64,000 bases of DNA from Amoebidium appalachense. Taxonomy: Eukaryota > Protista > Ichthyosporea. Below are positions 62,625 to 64,000 of the stretch, in pieces (within the stretch, counting starts at the first letter, position 1; each line of letters starts with the position of its first letter). Location of the stretch: positions 708,595-772,594 of the forward strand of contig CAVNZM010000016.1 in NCBI GenBank assembly GCA_963693365.1. The letters are read 5' to 3'. The notes beneath the pieces were generated by a model. It searched no databases. It saw only the letters and a list, made by a program, of their open reading frames with translations, and was not told the DNA's origin. The translations under genes and the position numbers were made by a program.

Positions 62625-62910
62625 GATAGGAGACGGTAGGGCACTGCCCGTGTACATTGCGAACCCGCCGTGGTGCACAGGCTTACTGTGGCGCATGCAC
62701 ATGCACATGCACATGCACATGCACATACACACACACACACACACACACAACACACACACACACAACACACACACAACACACACACACACACACACACACG
62801 CACGCACGCACACACAAACACACGCACGCACTCACGCACGCACACACGCACATGCACACGCACGCACACACACACACGCACACGCACACACACGCGCGCA
62901 CACACACACG

Positions 62911-62945
<35 letters not shown>

Positions 62946-63334
62946 TTACGAGGTTTTAAGTTGTTTCGCGGTTGGTTGCGACTTTGCGAATAGAAATGAT
63001 TGGCGGCAGTAAATCGAAAATTAATTCCGTGTGCTATAAAATAAAAGAAAAATAAAGAACCTTTCCTTTGTTGCGCTATTGCATTATCTGGCGGTAAAAC
63101 CTGGCAAGACGTTTATGGAAAAACTAAACGGAGACAAAGGGACAGTAAAAAATTTAAACCCAGATTAAAAAACAAGAAAAGAATCCTAAGATTCGAACCA
63201 TGATAAAACTCGTAGGCATGTGTGCACAACAGAAATTTGTTAATTTCAAGAGTACATGACCCTCGTCCAATCGCTTTGTTGTTTGTGCCGCCGTATGGAA
63301 TCAGCTTTCCATTTATGTAAATATTGCCAAGATC

Positions 63335-63560
63335 CGGAGCATCCAGGTGTCTGTGAGGGGGGTTCAAACGGCCAACGGCTATAATTCCCCAGGAAAAGCA
63401 TTTCTCAGGATATAAACAGTCCATGAATCCGATGTATCCCCCTGTCTGTAGGCGGGGGGGGGGGGTCCATCACTTGAAATTTAACCCAGCAAAAGGTCTC
63501 ATCTAGCAAACAGTGCCTAAATGCGGAGCATCCACGTGTCTGTGAGGGGGGTTCCAACGT
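63335..63560. repeat. Short imperfect direct repeat (~35 bp x2)
   Basis: CGGAGCATCCA[G/C]GTGTCTGTGAGGGGGGTTC at ~63335 and ~63524. Confidence 0.7.
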
Positions 63561-64000
63561 CTGAAATTCCGCCCGCAAGTATGACGGTAGTGCCCCCATC
63601 CATGCTGCAGGCATGCCCCCAGTAGCGTGCCGGTGGGTGGGGGTCTAAAGTCCCTGTAATTTACGTGTGTGCGTGTGTTTGGGGGGGGGAAGGGGGGGGG
63701 GGGGGGGGGGGATGTGTGGGTGGGTGGGTGGGTGGATGTGTGGATGAGTGGGTGGGTGTGCATGGGTGGGTGTGGGCGGGTGGGTATGTGGGTGGGTGCG
63801 CGCACGCACGCGTGTGTGTAATTTAAGTGTGTGTGTGTGCGTGTTTCACATGCATGTGTGTGCAACTGTGTAGGTGTGTATATGTGCCTGTCTGCGTGTC
63901 GTACGTACGTATGTGGGTGTGCTGGGGGGGGGGGGGGGTAATGTGTTGTTGGTTTTTGTCTGTAGAAGGGAACAACTGTTGCGTGTACGTATTCCAACCC

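Overview
Eukaryotic, intron-rich genomic DNA saturated with poly-G/poly-C tracts and (CA)/(GT)/(CT) microsatellites. Nearly all supplied low-complexity ORFs are artefacts, so genes were rebuilt by hand from GT-AG exons. Seven genes: (1) ubiquitin + H-Y-E ADP-ribosyltransferase fusion; (2) an ~1010-aa, 11-exon type-I membrane protein with a zona-pellucida (ZP)-like layout, whose ZP-C-like part is interrupted by two beta/gamma-crystallin domains, a PAN/apple domain and an extra furin site; (3) EEF2KMT/FAM86; (4) metaxin; (5) an ankyrin-repeat protein; (6) a C2-OTU deubiquitinase fusion; (7) a TRAF-like RING/zinc-finger/MATH gene with two 1-nt frame breaks. The 16-31 kb interval is a mobile-element zone. 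It holds a young non-autonomous Ty3/Gypsy LTR element inserted in poly-G, two complementary LINE halves on opposite strands (a probable ~9-kb inversion), an orphan 3' copy of the ZP-like gene and a foldback element. Many 3' splice sites lack a U-rich tract and end in (CA)nG, poly-C or CCAATCAG. The organism cannot be identified from this window; a unicellular (possibly holozoan) eukaryote is only an inference.
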